This document shows, piece after piece, positions 37,875 to 51,529 of a DNA stretch of 64,000 bases (positions are counted from its first letter, which is position 1; every line of letters starts with the position of its first letter). A program made the translations under genes and the position numbers. The DNA is from Octopus bimaculoides (Eukaryota). The notes beneath the pieces were generated by a model. That model saw only the letters and a program-made list of their open reading frames with translations. It did not search any database and had not been told where the DNA came from. The stretch lies in the NCBI RefSeq assembly GCF_001194135.2, contig NC_069000.1, positions 21,724,292 to 21,788,291 on the forward strand. The letters run 5' to 3'.

Positions 37875-38741
37875 AATAATGATAATAATAATATGCACAC
37901 ATCCTACGCAAAACACTTTCAATACAGTAACCATAAGAGCATCACAGCAAACCACAGCACATATCCAAGGCACACAGAGCTGCGCTCGATAGTGAAGTGA
38001 AAGCACGTTATAAAAATAAAACTACTGAACAACAATAATAATAATAATAATATGTAAGACACTTTCATTTCAGTAGCTCAACTCAAATAGTACACTCAGA
38101 GCACAACAAATCCTCTGCATAATCATCACCTACTAAACTAACATAGCAATACCCTATATGATCACCACTCAGTAACACAACACATACCTGATGCAGTTGC
38201 CTCAATAAATTAGCTCATACAATAATACACAACCCATACAGCATATACTGTATACAATCACTACCTTGCATTACAGCACATAACACCTACCATCATGTGT
38301 GTCTGTTGGCATGGTGAGGACCATCTAGTCATCCTTAGGGATAATTGGTGACTTGCATGGTGACTTTGTTTAAAGTGAAGGCGAGTTGCATCCATGAACC
38401 TCACACTTTTGTCCATATCTATCTTCAGTCCAGTGACAAGGCCAGATCAAAATGACTAGGGATGGAGAAGGATGCAGTGGATGACCAAGATGTCTTACTT
38501 GCTACATCTTGCTGTTTGCAATCCACAATGCATAGTTGCAGTTGCCTTCTCCTCTGTTGAACTATGACAGTTTCGTCTACAGAGTCCACTGGATCCAGTT
38601 TTCATATGCATAGGTAGGCAAACTCTAATATGCTACTTAGCCTATAGCTGGGACCCTGACAGGTGCTAGTATTCTAGGCCAGAATAGAACTGGGATCAAA
38701 AGTGGCTAAGTGGTGGTTCCACACTCCTCAAAACACCAGAT

Positions 38742-39052
38742 CAGTGGCTCTTAACTGGGGTTCATATGGCCCTTGTGGGTCCATATAAGATTTTTGGGGA
38801 TCGCAATAGTATTTTAAGGACTCCTGAAAAATTTTGCTTTAGCTGTTTTTATTGCAAGAAACAGCTAGGTTTCTTACTCTGTCATTTTATATAGTTCAAC
38901 CTACATAAGTTAATGTGTGTGACAAACAAAATAGGAACTTTGAAAGAAGTTTCTATAAAACTAATTTTTAAATATTGAATGGTTATGGGGGTCCACCAGA
39001 ATAAAATAGTAACGAAAGGGGTTAATAGATACAAAATGGTTGAGAACCCCTG
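38742..39052. mobile_element. hAT-type MITE
   Basis: TIRs CAGTGGCTCTTAAC / GTTGAGAACCCCTG; TSD CACCAGAT / CACTAGAT; same family as 50380-50614 in opposite orientation. Confidence 0.88.
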
Positions 39053-39894
39053 CACTAGATCTCCCGAACCAGGGCCTCACTATTGAAAATAGTTTCAAGT
39101 GAAACCCAGGACACAACACCAAACATATATCTCATATGAAACATAATCTGTACCTAACAAAATATAGTGTGACATCAAAATCCTAGTAGCACTCATACAA
39201 CATATACTAAACACAATCCCCAGCCAACAGAATAACTCAACTCCCGTTGTACAATCTTTTATACAACAAACGAAAAGTTAACCCACCAGCATTCAGATTA
39301 TTCTGTCAAGTGTAATGCTTATTTACTCATGTTGCTTTTGAGATAATCATACATTATCTTGTAGCTTTGAGATTTCAATGATTTTAATGATGTGATTGTT
39401 TATATTTAGAATGACTTTGCAAGGTAGATGTAATAGGTCAGGTCTGGTTTGTTTGAATATAAAACAGAATATTTTGACTAGATATGGCTGGTTTAACCCT
39501 TTAGCATTCTGCCAAATGTAATAATGCTCATTTATTCACATTGCTTTGAATTATGCATTATCTTGTAGCTTTGAGATTTCTAGGATGTGATTGTTTAGTT
39601 TTTGGAATGACGTCTGGTAGGTGTGAGAGGCTGGATCTGGCCAATTTGAACATAAAACAATAATTAAAGGAGATATGACTGGTTTGAATGCTAATGGGTT
39701 CAAATAATGTCAGGATCAACTAAACAGATTCCCACAACAAAAGTGAAACTGGTGTAGTATACATGCACAAATTTACAGTCCTAACAGACTATATTGTATA
39801 CATTTCAAGAATATAGAGGTGCATTTAGTGATGTAGAAGAAGCACATGTAAAGTTGTTGAAATGGGATGATGATGATGATAGTTTAAATAAGTC

Positions 39895-40011
39895 CCGGGA
39901 TGACTGTGTGGTTAAGAAATTCGCTTCCCACTTACATGGTTTCAGGTTCAGTCCCAATGTTTGACACCTTGGTTAAATGTCTTCTACCACAGCCCCAGGC
40001 TGACCAAAGCC

Positions 40012-40047
<36 letters not shown>

Positions 40048-40057
40048 NNNNNNNNNN

Positions 40058-40096
<39 letters not shown>

Positions 40097-40335
40097 GTGT
40101 GTGTCCTTGACATTGCATGATAATTGTAAATAAGTGTCACTGTCATATTAGCAGTGTCTTTTGTTTCTGGTCTTCCATAAAAACAGGTCTCACTATGAGG
40201 AAATGTTAACTTGCTAGGAAGTAAGTGAGGATTGGTGACAGGAAGGGCATCCAGTTGTAGAAAATCTGCCATGACAAATTCTGGCTGATCCATGCAAGCA
40301 TGGAAGAGTGGACATTAAGATGATGATGATGATGT
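39895..40335 (+). mobile_element. SINE family A2
   Basis: Head, (TG)n with gap, RTE-type tail AGGAAGGGCATCCAGTTGTAGAAAATCTGCC..(GAT)n. Confidence 0.8.
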
Positions 40336-40975
40336 TTCTAGCATAGGCACAGGGCCTGAAATTTAGGGGAAAGAGAATAGTCATTTCTAAAAATCCCATT
40401 TACTTGACTTTATTTTATTGTCTCCAGAAGGATGAAAGACAAAATTGATTAATGTGGGATTTGAACTCGGAATGTGAAGAGCAAAGCATTTTTACTTTCC
40501 TGATGCTCTAACAATTCTGCCAATCTGCTCTAAATAATAATTGTATAAAGCTTGAACTTTGAGAATAAGGGTTTAACCCTTTTGGCATTTAAACCAGCCA
40601 TATCTGACCCAAATAGTTTACTTGGTTTTATGTTCAAACTGTCAGGATCTGCTCTTTTACACCTACTCTACAATGTCATTCTAAAAATATGCAATCACAT
40701 CATCAAAATCTCAAAGCTATGAGAATATGCATGATTAATTCAAAGTAATGTGAATGTGTTTGTCCCCCACTTCTGCTTGACAACCAGTGTTGGTATGGTT
40801 ATGTCCCATAGTGTAAACAGTTCAGCAAAAGACACTGATAGAATAAACACTAGGCTTAACAAAATATGAGTACTGGGGTCAATTCATCTGACTAAAAAAT
40901 TCTTCTATGTGGTGCCGCAGCATGGCCACAGTCTAATGACTAAAACAAGTAAGAGATTAAAGATATAAGCACTAC

Positions 40976-41305
40976 ATCATCATCATCATCATCACCATCG
41001 TTTAACGTCCGCTTTCCATACTAACATGGGTTGGACGATTTGACTGAGGACTGGTGAAACCAGGTGGCTACACCAGGCTCCAATCTGGTTTGGCAGAGTT
41101 TCTACAGCTGGATGCCCTTCCTAACACCAACCACTCCGAGAGTGTAGTGGGTGCTTTTACGTGGCAACGGCCACGCTCGAAATGGTGTCTTTTACGTGCC
41201 ACCTGCACAGGAGCCAGTCCAGCGGCACTGGCAACGATCTCACTCGAGTGTCTTTACACGTGCCACCGGCGCAAGTGCCAGGGCACAGGTGCCATCACGA
41301 TTTTG
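40976..41305 (-). mobile_element. RTE-type LINE 3' UTR, longer copy of the young family
   Basis: Colinear with 2179-2399 and 63814-64000; repeated ACGTG(G/C)CA motif. Confidence 0.8.
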
Positions 41306-43674
41306 CTTTCACATTTGATGGGATAGCCTGAATGCTAAAGGGCTAATCAAATTGTCCATTGTACTTGAGTGGTAGTTTATTATATCAGCTTTGAAAAGAT
41401 GAAAGCCAAAATCAACCTTGGTGGGATTCAAACTCCTAAATACCACCTGGCAGTTTGTCCCACTGCTCTAATAGTTCTGCCAAATTGCCCCTCAAGTATT
41501 TCTAACATAGGCACAAGACCGTACATATAGTGGGGGTAGGGAAGGAGAAATGGAATTGATTAAACCACTCCTAGTAATTGACTGATTCTTATTTGATCAC
41601 CACTAATCAGTCTATAGTGGCAGTGGTCACAAACTAATGAGGGAAACGGCAAAGAGCAAAACAGATGATGCAACACCGTCACTACCATTTATCACTACAG
41701 TCATTTTTCCCTTCATCATCATCATCATCATTTACATGACTGTTAAAACCTCTTTGTCATAGCAGTATGAAATCTAGTCAATAACGGAATAATTAGAAAT
41801 TAGATTTGTCGTAAATTTTTATTCTTTCTTTTTCTTGTTAAGGTTAATTTTATTTTTAGTCTGTTGGATTAAATATTGTATTTTTAAAAAAAAATTTTCT
41901 TATTTGTTTCTAACTTTTATAAATGTCAACATTTTATTTTTCTCTATTGATTTATTCTTTCTCTCTTCAATTATGTTCTATTTAAGTGTGATAATTGTAT
42001 TGCAACTTATTCTCCACCCCACCTCTCTTTACTCCTTGATATTGTGTCCAGTAATTGTCTTCAGGTCTTAATTCTGCTTTCTGTTCTTTTTCTGTTTTTG
42101 TCTTTTTTTCCTGTCTGTTTGGTTATTTTTTTAATATTTGTTTAAATAATGCTGCAGTTTGTTTTATAAATTTTAAATCTATCTTGGTATTATTATTGTT
42201 ATTATTATTTTTATATCACAGTTGTAAGAATATTTGATTATAATAATGATAATAATAATAGAAATAATTATAACAGTGATGATAATGGTCTGTGAGTGAT
42301 GCGCAAGAAGCAATCTTTGTAGAAGTGGTTATTAGAAGGTGGGGGCGAGCAATTTGATAATATTCACTGGTATATATTTTAGTCACATCCAAAGAAATGA
42401 AAGAGAAATTCAACCCTGGGTGAGATTTTGAACTTGGAATATTGATGCAAAAAATTAAGTATTTATTATAAGTCTGATACCGTAGCATTTTGGTCACTTC
42501 TCTACCTGGTCAAGCATTTTTGGTCGGCAACACTCTTACTTGTACTGGTATTCACCTTTTTGTTACCATATTTTTTGTGAAATATACAACTTTTGTTTCA
42601 ATTAATTTTGGAAATTTTGAAAATTTATTGATAACTTTGTCATTATGAAGCTGGCTTTTTGAACAATTTAGCATGAAATTTTGATGGGAGATTTGAATTT
42701 AGGTAATTTCAAAACAGGAAGTTTGTATCATAGAACTAGAGGTAGTTTCCGGCAGGTTAGTTTCAAAAGAGTTCGTCTGCTAGGCTTAGCCGGCACCCTC
42801 AGTTCCCTCTGTCCCCTAATCCTGTAGCATTTCAATCAGTTATATCTAGCCAAATATTCCAGTTGTTTTAGGTTCAGACTAGCCAGATCCAGCCTCTCAC
42901 ACCTACTCAATGCCATTCACATCATTGCAATCTTGAAGCTTCAAGATAATGCATGATTAATTCAAAGAAATGTGAATAAATAAGCCTTACACTTGACAGA
43001 ATAATTTGAATACTAAAGGGTTAAGTTAGTTTTTCTGATAGAAGTGGGGAGGCTCCTCTGGGTATGGGACCCATTTAAATTGAAAAGATGGTAGATAAAT
43101 TGCCATGTTTGTTGAAATCAAGATGGTTTTAAACTCTCATCACATCATAGTGAATAATGCAGAGTTACATGATTTAAACTCAGTCCACTTCATTGCAGCT
43201 CCCAATTCAAATGTGGGATTGAATTTATGAGTGCCATATGGGTGAAGGTGTCTGCAGGATATTATCATACAGGAGTCAAAGCCCCATGAGTCAGAGTTGC
43301 TATTCTAGAGCATCTCTCTCACTGTCCTCCAGGGCAACACCTTTTCCATTTTGTATGCTGGGGCCATGAGACTGTCTGAATTACAGGAAATTGTATGTTC
43401 TATTCTTTAATGGAAAGTTACTCCATACAGTTTGTAAGAGTGATTCAGAGATCCAGCAGACTGGTGAACCTTCCCTCAGCCCTCCATTAAAAACTAACAA
43501 TGCACAAACTCGTACTCAGTATGGAGCTGATTATTTACAGTTTTGCAAATTAATTGAAACAGTTTATTTCATGAGAAATATGATCAAGAAGACTTTAATA
43601 ACACAAAAGAATGTGATAAAAAAAAAACAACAACATAAAAGCAGTAAACTATCACAAGCTTACCCCAGGGTTCT

Positions 43675-43998
43675 AATTCTTTTACTTGTTCCAGTCATTT
43701 GGCTGAACCAATTGAGCCCAGGTCTTATTCTTTGTAATCCTAGTACTTATTCTATCAGTCTCTTAGGCTGAACCACTAAGTTATGGGGACATAAACTCAA
43801 GTGATGGCGAGGGAGGGCAAACACACACACATATGTATATATGATGGACTTCTTTCAGTTTCCATCTACCAAATCCACTCACAAGGCTTTGGTTGGCCCA
43901 AGGCTGTAGTAGAAGACACTTGCCCAAGGTGCCATGCAGTGGGACTGAACCCAGAACTATGTGGTTGGGAGGCAACCTTCTTACCATACAGCCACGCG
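43675..43998 (-). mobile_element. SINE family A1 with internal deletions
   Basis: Tail and head motifs in reverse orientation. Confidence 0.8.
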
Positions 43999-44560
43999 TG
44001 CATTTATATTTTACATATCATTTGTTTGTTGTTTGATTCTTAATCCTGTGCCCATATATCTACTGGGCTTGGCAGCTGGTAATATCTCATAGCTGATGGA
44101 AGGGGTTCAACCCTGCAGTGTGGATTGACAATTACATAATATATGTTACCATGGTACCTAATTACATCTAATTATGAATTGTTTCTATTGATTTGAATTT
44201 ATAAGCCAACCAGAGAAGGAGGGAGGTGGTACCCATGCTACAGGTCTCACTCCCATCCTTCTGGGATTGTTGTAAGACATTGCCTAGCTAGAACATCTGC
44301 TGTAAGAAATGGCTATCTATAATTGAATGCCTGCAACAAATGTTTTGGCTAAATGCACCCAAGGACCAGGGTGTGGCTTGTTCAGCAACACAACAATGCT
44401 TTTTCAATTAGGCAGTACTCTGATAACACGGACTTTCTACATTTTATACAGCATGTTTACACACTAACCTCTTTGCTCCTCCTCATTCTCTCTCTCTCTC
44501 TCTCTCACGCATACACACACACACTTTCAAATATTCATACGCAATCTGAATTACACACAT

Positions 44561-44593
<33 letters not shown>

Positions 44594-44872
44594 TTCTGAC
44601 ATTTACACACACACACACATACAGACATTCTCTCATATTCTCTCTCATACATATGCACACACAAAGGCACGCATTAGCATATGCATCTTGCATAGAAGAA
44701 GGTGTTTATTCCTTTTGGATTGCAAAACAGCTCGAAAATATAGATATGATATAGTGGTGATGACGAGGATGCTGATAATAATGACATTGGCTGTTGTTAT
44801 TGTTCTTCTTGTCTTTAATGTCTTCATGGTTGTTGTCTTTCAATGTCATCGTCGTCGTCATCATTATCGCAG

Positions 44873-44952
44873 GTGGATGTGCACCGGAAATAGCCAAGCT
44901 AGCAAAAACCACCGAACAAAGACACATGACAAGCCAACAGTTTCCTCTGCAT
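44873..44952 (+). CDS. Probable internal coding exon, 80 nt, product unidentified
   Basis: Pyrimidine-rich acceptor ..ATCGCAG|, donor CAT|GTAAGA; unique-sequence island amid low complexity; open as GCAPEIAKLAKTTEQRHMTSQQFPLH (phase 1) or WMCTGNSQASKNHRTKTHDKPTVSSA (phase 2). Confidence 0.45.
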
Positions 44953-45439
44953 GTAAGAGATGTGTTAGTTCACTAGTATTTTGCCACATTAAAGCCATTT
45001 TCACAGACATTCTTCTGATTGTTTCCAGCTTCTTCATTCACTTTCACTACCATTTTGAAAATGAAAATGAAAGCAACAGTTGGCTTTTACTTCGATTTTA
45101 GTTTTGCTTTTGTTTTATTTTTTTTCCCAATGTCTTTTTGTTATTCAGTGCTTTTGAGGTCGTTTTTGCTTTTTTGTCTCCATTTTGTAAAAAATTTTAC
45201 AATATTTTGTTGATGTCTTTTTTCTCATTATTGTTTAATTGAACTTATATATCATTAGTGTGTTTTTTTTCTTTCTTTTAATTTTTACTTTTAATTGAAA
45301 AAGACACTTGTCATCATTTATGTGTGTGTAAATATATTTCCATGATTGCATGTGTGGACACATAATTATTTTATTACATTTGTTTGTCTGAGTAATGGTA
45401 TGTGCTTACTCACAAACATATATGTTGTGGTTGTCATCG

Positions 45440-45670
45440 TCGTCATTTTAATGCCCACTTTTCCATACTTGCATTGGATGGAATTTATTGAGGCAAATTT
45501 TCTACAGTTGGATGCCCTTCTTGTTGTCAACCCACACCTGTTTCCATGCAAGGTAATATTTCCTCATGACCAGGTGTGTTTCCCGTACAATATCGGTAAT
45601 GAATGACACTACATGTTTGACAGTAGCAATCATTTTATAACTACCTTGCAATGTTAAGACGAGAGAGAGA

Positions 45671-45765
<95 letters not shown>

Positions 45766-45905
45766 TCAGCTTCCATGTACCAAATTCCAGTCACAAGGCT
45801 TTGGTCAGCCTTAGACTATAGTAGAAGACACTTGTCCAAGGTGTCCTGCAGTGGGATAGAATCCAGAACTATGTGGTTGCAAAGCAAACTTCTCACCACA
45901 CTGTC
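45440..45905 (-). mobile_element. SINE family A2, full length
   Basis: RTE-type tail 45440-45660, (CA)n, family-A head 45760-45905. Confidence 0.8.
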
Positions 45906-46205
45906 ACATACACACAAATACATGTTAATATGTGTGTGTATACCTGCCTGTATGTGTCTCTTGCCCCTATATCCAGTGCTGTCTAGGTATTTCCCCCTGT
46001 CTATAAGTCAATAAAACTGTTACTTCATGTTTACATCACAAATGAAATTCTTTTTACATTGTTATACATATTTTCTCTGTAAGCCCTGGATGTGTTTGCA
46101 TATTTATGTTTGTCTGTGTATTTGTTTATACACACACACACACCATATATATGCCTGTGTGTATACATATGTATATGCCTATATATATATATGTGTGTGT
46201 GTGTG

Positions 46206-46248
<43 letters not shown>

Positions 46249-46289
46249 TATGAAAGTCTCGGTCCTGCCTGTACCTTCAAGTTTATTGA

Positions 46290-46835
46290 CCATAAAATTG
46301 ATGCCACTGGCTTCTATTGACTGCAATTTTCTTTGCATTTAGCTATGTGATATTGGCCTCTCTCACATCAGCTACGAATGCTCTGCACCATGGAACTCCG
46401 GTCTTGTTGTCTTTTTCTCTTTGGTGGTGTCCATTTGAAAGCTGCTTTAGAATGTTCTAGCAGCCAAAGTATGTAATCTGCTGGTTTTATTCTTCAGTCT
46501 GTGATGGTTTAGCTAAATGGTCCTGTGTTGCCTTTCTTTAGAATGTCTTCATTTGTTATGTGGTCTTTCCTGTACATTCTCAAAAGACTTCACAAGCATC
46601 CTTCACAGAATGCATCTAGCTTTGTGTTGACTTTCGTGGTGTTCTTCCATGTCTCACTGGCATAAAGAATTATTGGTAGAACTACGCAGTTATGCAGCTG
46701 GGTCTTTGTGTGTCGGGTGATGGTGTTGAAAGATCAGGTTGGGCATGTTCTCTGGAAGATGGTTGCAGTTTTGTCAGTTCCATCGTTGCTTTTCTATTTC
46801 GATATCACCTTTGTTAGTGATGAATCTAGCTACTG
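46290..46835 (-). mobile_element. RTE-like LINE RT C-terminal fragment
   Basis: VVLPIILYASETWKNTTKVNTKLDAFCEGCL..KDHITNEDIL..FKWTPP; stops present. Confidence 0.85.
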
Positions 46836-46836
46836 T

Positions 46837-46891
<55 letters not shown>

Positions 46892-47944
46892 GTATATATC
46901 TGTGTGTTTGTGTGTGTGTCTTTGTGTCTGTGTTTGCCCCCTCCCCATCACCATTTGACAACCAGTGTTGGTGTGTTTACATCCCCATAACTTAGCAGTT
47001 TGGTAAAAGGGACTGATAGAATAAGTACTGGGCTTAAGAAGTAAGTGCCATAATTAAATGTATGGATATAGATCTTTTATTTTAAATGAGGAATATACAC
47101 TAGTTGGAAGTTGTGGGGATTCATATTTGCAGAGTAAGTATATATTAAAACAAAAAATGGAAATTTTGGTATATTTCTAATTCCATGTTACATGTGTTTC
47201 ATTACAGTATAGGGAATCCATTATGTCTATAACTAATGATAATAATAATAAGGCAAGCTGGCAGAATTGTTAGCACCCCAGGCAAGATGCTTAGTGGTGT
47301 TTTGCTTGTCTTTATGTTCTGAGTTCAAATTCCACCAAGGTTGACTTTGCCTTTATTTCTTTTGGGGTTAATAAAATAAGTATGAGTTGAGTGTTAAAGG
47401 TCTGTGTCATCAACTTGGCTCCTCCCCCTAAATTGCTGGCCTTGTGCTAAAATTTCAAACCAGTATTAATAATAATAATAATATTATAAATATAATAAAT
47501 TCATAATAGGGTAATATACATATAGAAAGTGCATATGAGATCTATTTGTAATTCCTTGGATAAAGAATTTTAAAAAAATGATATTGGGTTGACTAAAAAA
47601 GTTTGTTTTTTTTCCTTTGCACATGCATACTCATCAGATTCCTTTCCTGCAGACCCACACACTCTCACTCACATTCTCTCACACTCACTGTTGGAGCTGA
47701 TTGTTAATTCTGCTATTTGAGTTTCTCACGTATATGTATTCACTCATGAGGCATATACCTACAAGCAAGAAACTTGGAGTGGTAGCAGAGTATATCAACA
47801 ACTACAAAAGAATAAATAATAATTATCTATTATAGAATTTGTGTACACACACAAACATTTTTTTTTTTTTAAATAGAAGAAATTCAAAATGCAGAAACAA
47901 AACCTAGAATCAAGAGAGTAAAAGTAGCAAAGACTAAAGTCCAT

Positions 47945-48310
47945 TGTTTGCAGGAAAGAAAAGAAGACTTTACTGCCATGTTTGCTATGCAAAAATAGGA
48001 ATAACAAAGAATTCCATGCAATGCACCCAGTGTAAACTACGAGTGCTAAAGGGATGCAGGGATAACTGGGGCAAGGTGATAGAAAAGGACTTCATATGTA
48101 TCAGATGCACAGGAGTAGGTAGCAGTATGGGTACCCATGGAATAAATTCTTTCAAATATTTGAAGTACTCCCGAGAAGTAATTGCTAGCTTTCATTACTT
48201 AAGTAACTTACTTAGCAGTGGTGGTGAATGTTCTGAAAGTATAGCCAGAGTAAGAACAGGGTTGAAAAAGTTTCGGGAACTATTACTTCTGTTAGTGACA
48301 AAGAGATTAC
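47945..48310 (+). mobile_element. RTE LINE fragment with PHD-like insert
   Basis: CHVCY..NSMQCTQCKL..FICIRCTG..FHYLSNLLSSGGECSESIARVRTG..KFRELL..LVTK; same family as 17185-17800. Confidence 0.8.
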
Positions 48311-48502
48311 ACTGTGTAATATGATTTTTGTCCTTGGGTAGCAACTGTTATTTTCTATTTGCTTAGTCCTAGAAAGTATGGAAAATGGCTAAGGTTTCTT
48401 TCAAATTTTGCTTTTCTCAAACTTGTCTCTGCTTGGATAGCTAGAAGTAAACTGAACTGTTGAGCTTATGATCCCTGTACTTATGCTGCCATCTATGTTG
48501 CC

Positions 48503-48550
48503 AGAACATTCTAGAAATTCTGAAACTTTTAGAAAGTTCTAGAAAATTGT
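48503..48550. promoter_or_regulatory. Heat-shock-element-like array
   Basis: AGAAC-ATTCT-AGAAA (3 perfect alternating pentamers) followed by TGAAA-CTTTT-AGAAA-GTTCT-AGAAA (4 of 5 perfect). Confidence 0.5.
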
Positions 48551-49684
48551 ACTTCAGCAACTCAGCACTAATTCTGTTTGAAATGTAATGGAAAATAGGT
48601 CAGTTTCAGAACATTGGTAGCAAGGTTACAAAAGCAAAGTTTGAAGGGAATAGTAGTCATTTCCTTTGGTTTCTAGATAGAAGCAAATAGGAAATAACAC
48701 TGACTGACCAAAGACAAAAAGAAAAAAGAAAAATGGTATACAGTGTTATACCTGAGTGAAATACAACCAGGTAACATTTATATGATGCAATGTTACCTGG
48801 TTGCCAAACATGGGCTTTGAATATGGATGTTTTAGTTTTTCTTCTTTTTCAACTTCTTGTCAATTGGTTACAAACTACTGTCATGTAGATGGTTTCATAA
48901 CTTGTACATGTAATGTCACAATTCATATATACATATATGCATTTGCACCCCCCCCCCTCATACACACAAGGATCATTAGGTAAAACCTACTTCTGCTACT
49001 GAACAATATCATGGTATAAATCACAGCAATAAAATGCTAATGGTTGAAATGCAAAGGCAATTACAGAATGAAGAATGAATACAAAATATAAGATATTAAG
49101 AAGTAATAGAATCACAAAAATAACAATCCTGAAAGTAGTGCAGTAGTTGGGTAAAGATTTCTGGTGGGGTCTGTCCTACCTGAGTAAAAGTTAATGCATA
49201 AAGTTATTGTTACCTGTAGGGTAAAATTCTGGATTTGTGGTAGAGGAAGAATTATGAGGCCCTGTTCGGACAAAGAAATCCTTTGTTGTGTTTATTTAGT
49301 AGGTTTATGTGTAGTAAATAAAACAGCAAAGCTTTCCCTTGAACATAAATTATATGATTTCATGTTTCCAATACAGGACTTGGTCATAGAATACTGAGCA
49401 AAACCGATGGCCTTTTGCCAAGGATCATTTTAATTTAATGCAGTAAATAATATAATTCGGAACATCTAGTGCCATCTCAAGTCCTTTTGTTTGAAAGTGG
49501 CTTTTAGTACATGGCTACTCTTTCATTAATATACTCACTCATACTTGCACATGCAAATATGTATGTGTGTTTGTATATATTAGTAGGGAACTAGGTGATA
49601 ATCAATAGATGGAACTATTTCGTAGAACCATAAGACAGAAATTATTAGTGAAGAAAGCAGTCTTAAAGTGAAGTTAGAGTCAAG

Positions 49685-49721
<37 letters not shown>

Positions 49722-50379
49722 GCAGACAGACAGACAGCCAATCAATCAGAACGACAGGCATAAGGAAAAAGATAAGTTGCAATTATAATTTCAGAGATAT
49801 TACAACAGAACCATTCACTCGCTACTCCTCTTCATCCCCCATGACGTATTTATTACTTTGATTAGTCTTGTGTTAAATACATTGTGCTAAAAACCCTTAT
49901 TACCCAAATTATATGTTAAACTGCTTCAATATCCCATTTAAACACCCATCAATCAACCTTGTTAAATGCCACCATTAAACAGCCATTAACCAAGCTTGTT
50001 AAATATCACTATTAAACACCCATTTATCAAATGCCACCATTAAAATATTGTTAAATTCATTCAAGTCATAATAAATACCCCATGAAACTTCCTGCTCAAC
50101 TGACATCCAATTAGACATTCATCTTGTTAATTGCAACATAAAATGTTTTGTCAATTGATCTATTACATATTTGTTAACTATTTCCTGAAGCACCCTGTTT
50201 TCATATCGTATTAAACAACATGTTTTTATCATTCCCTTTTCTCTTCTTTTTCTTTTTTTTTCCTTTTTCAATGTCTCAGTTTCTTTCCAACTTTCTAAGG
50301 ATGACAACACACTTTTGTTTCACTGAAAATAAGACAACACTACAAATATACTTTTTTTTTTTTAAACTAAAATCTAAAA

Positions 50380-50614
50380 CAGTGGTTCTTAACCATTTTT
50401 CCACCTATGGACCCCTTTAATTCCTATTTTATCCTACTGGACCTCCATACATTCAGTGTTTAAAAAAATCTTACTGCATTTTCATAATTAAACGTTACAT
50501 GGAATTGCATTAAAAAAATTGTTAAAATATTTTGTAATGTAAGAAGTATAACCAATTTATTGTACATAAATTTTAACAGCAAAATATTATATGAACCCTG
50601 GTTGAGAACCACTG
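50380..50614. mobile_element. hAT-type MITE
   Basis: TIRs CAGTGGTTCTTAACC / GGTTGAGAACCACTG (14/15 match); TSD degenerate (ATCTAAAA / ATTTAAGC). Confidence 0.85.
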
Positions 50615-50652
50615 ATTTAAGCACATTATAACCATGAGAGAGAGAGAGAGAG

Positions 50653-50695
<43 letters not shown>

Positions 50696-51529
50696 AAAAT
50701 GGGTAATGAATGATTCATTTTAATGTACTGATGTGAAAATCAGAGATAAAACATTCTGACCTTGAACAAAATTGCAACACAGGTTAGGCAACAGTTGCAG
50801 TAGACAGACATGTGGGCCTGATGTCATGCTGTAAAATGTTGCTACATTTTGTCATTTTGGCCATGGATGCAAGACATAGCCATGTGGTTAAGAAATTTGT
50901 TTTATAACCATATGGTTTGGGGTTCAGTCCCACCATGAAGCTCCTTGGGTAAGTGGCTTTTTACTGTAGCCTTGGGTTGGCCAATACCTTGCGAGTGCAA
51001 TTTCATATGGTAAATGTAGAGAAATATGTTGAATGTGAGGGTGTGTGTGTGTGTGTGTATATGTGCACATGCACATGCTTGTACACATATGCATCTGTAT
51101 GTGTATATTTACTCATGTAGAATTGTAAGTTAATAATTTGATTAAATATTGATAAAATAAATCCTAGTGTTGATAGCCCAAAGTCTTGTGGTTGAATCCA
51201 GTTAATAACATATCAGAGAATGCTGTTGGGATGAGTGTTGACTCACCTTTATATAATCTACTATTATTAACATGAAAGCGGCAAGATGACATAGAGTAAC
51301 TAAGACTAAATTAGCCAATGTGTTGAGTTTTAAAAGATGGTAGAGCATAATTTGTGGGACATTCAACTGCTAATTTTAAGTGTGTCTGGCTATATAGAAG
51401 CTTTGTTGTAAACTCGAGTTGTGGCAATAAGATTAGTTAAGTAAGATTTTGGTAGCAGTGTTGGTCATGGTGGTAGTGGCAGCAGTAGTATTGGTGGCAG
51501 TAATAAATATTCAGAAGTTGAAATTTTTT

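Noticed and set aside
47189-47200. GAAAC-ACAT-GTA half-core on the minus strand
   Set aside because: No CUGANGA partner nearby; at best a truncated relic
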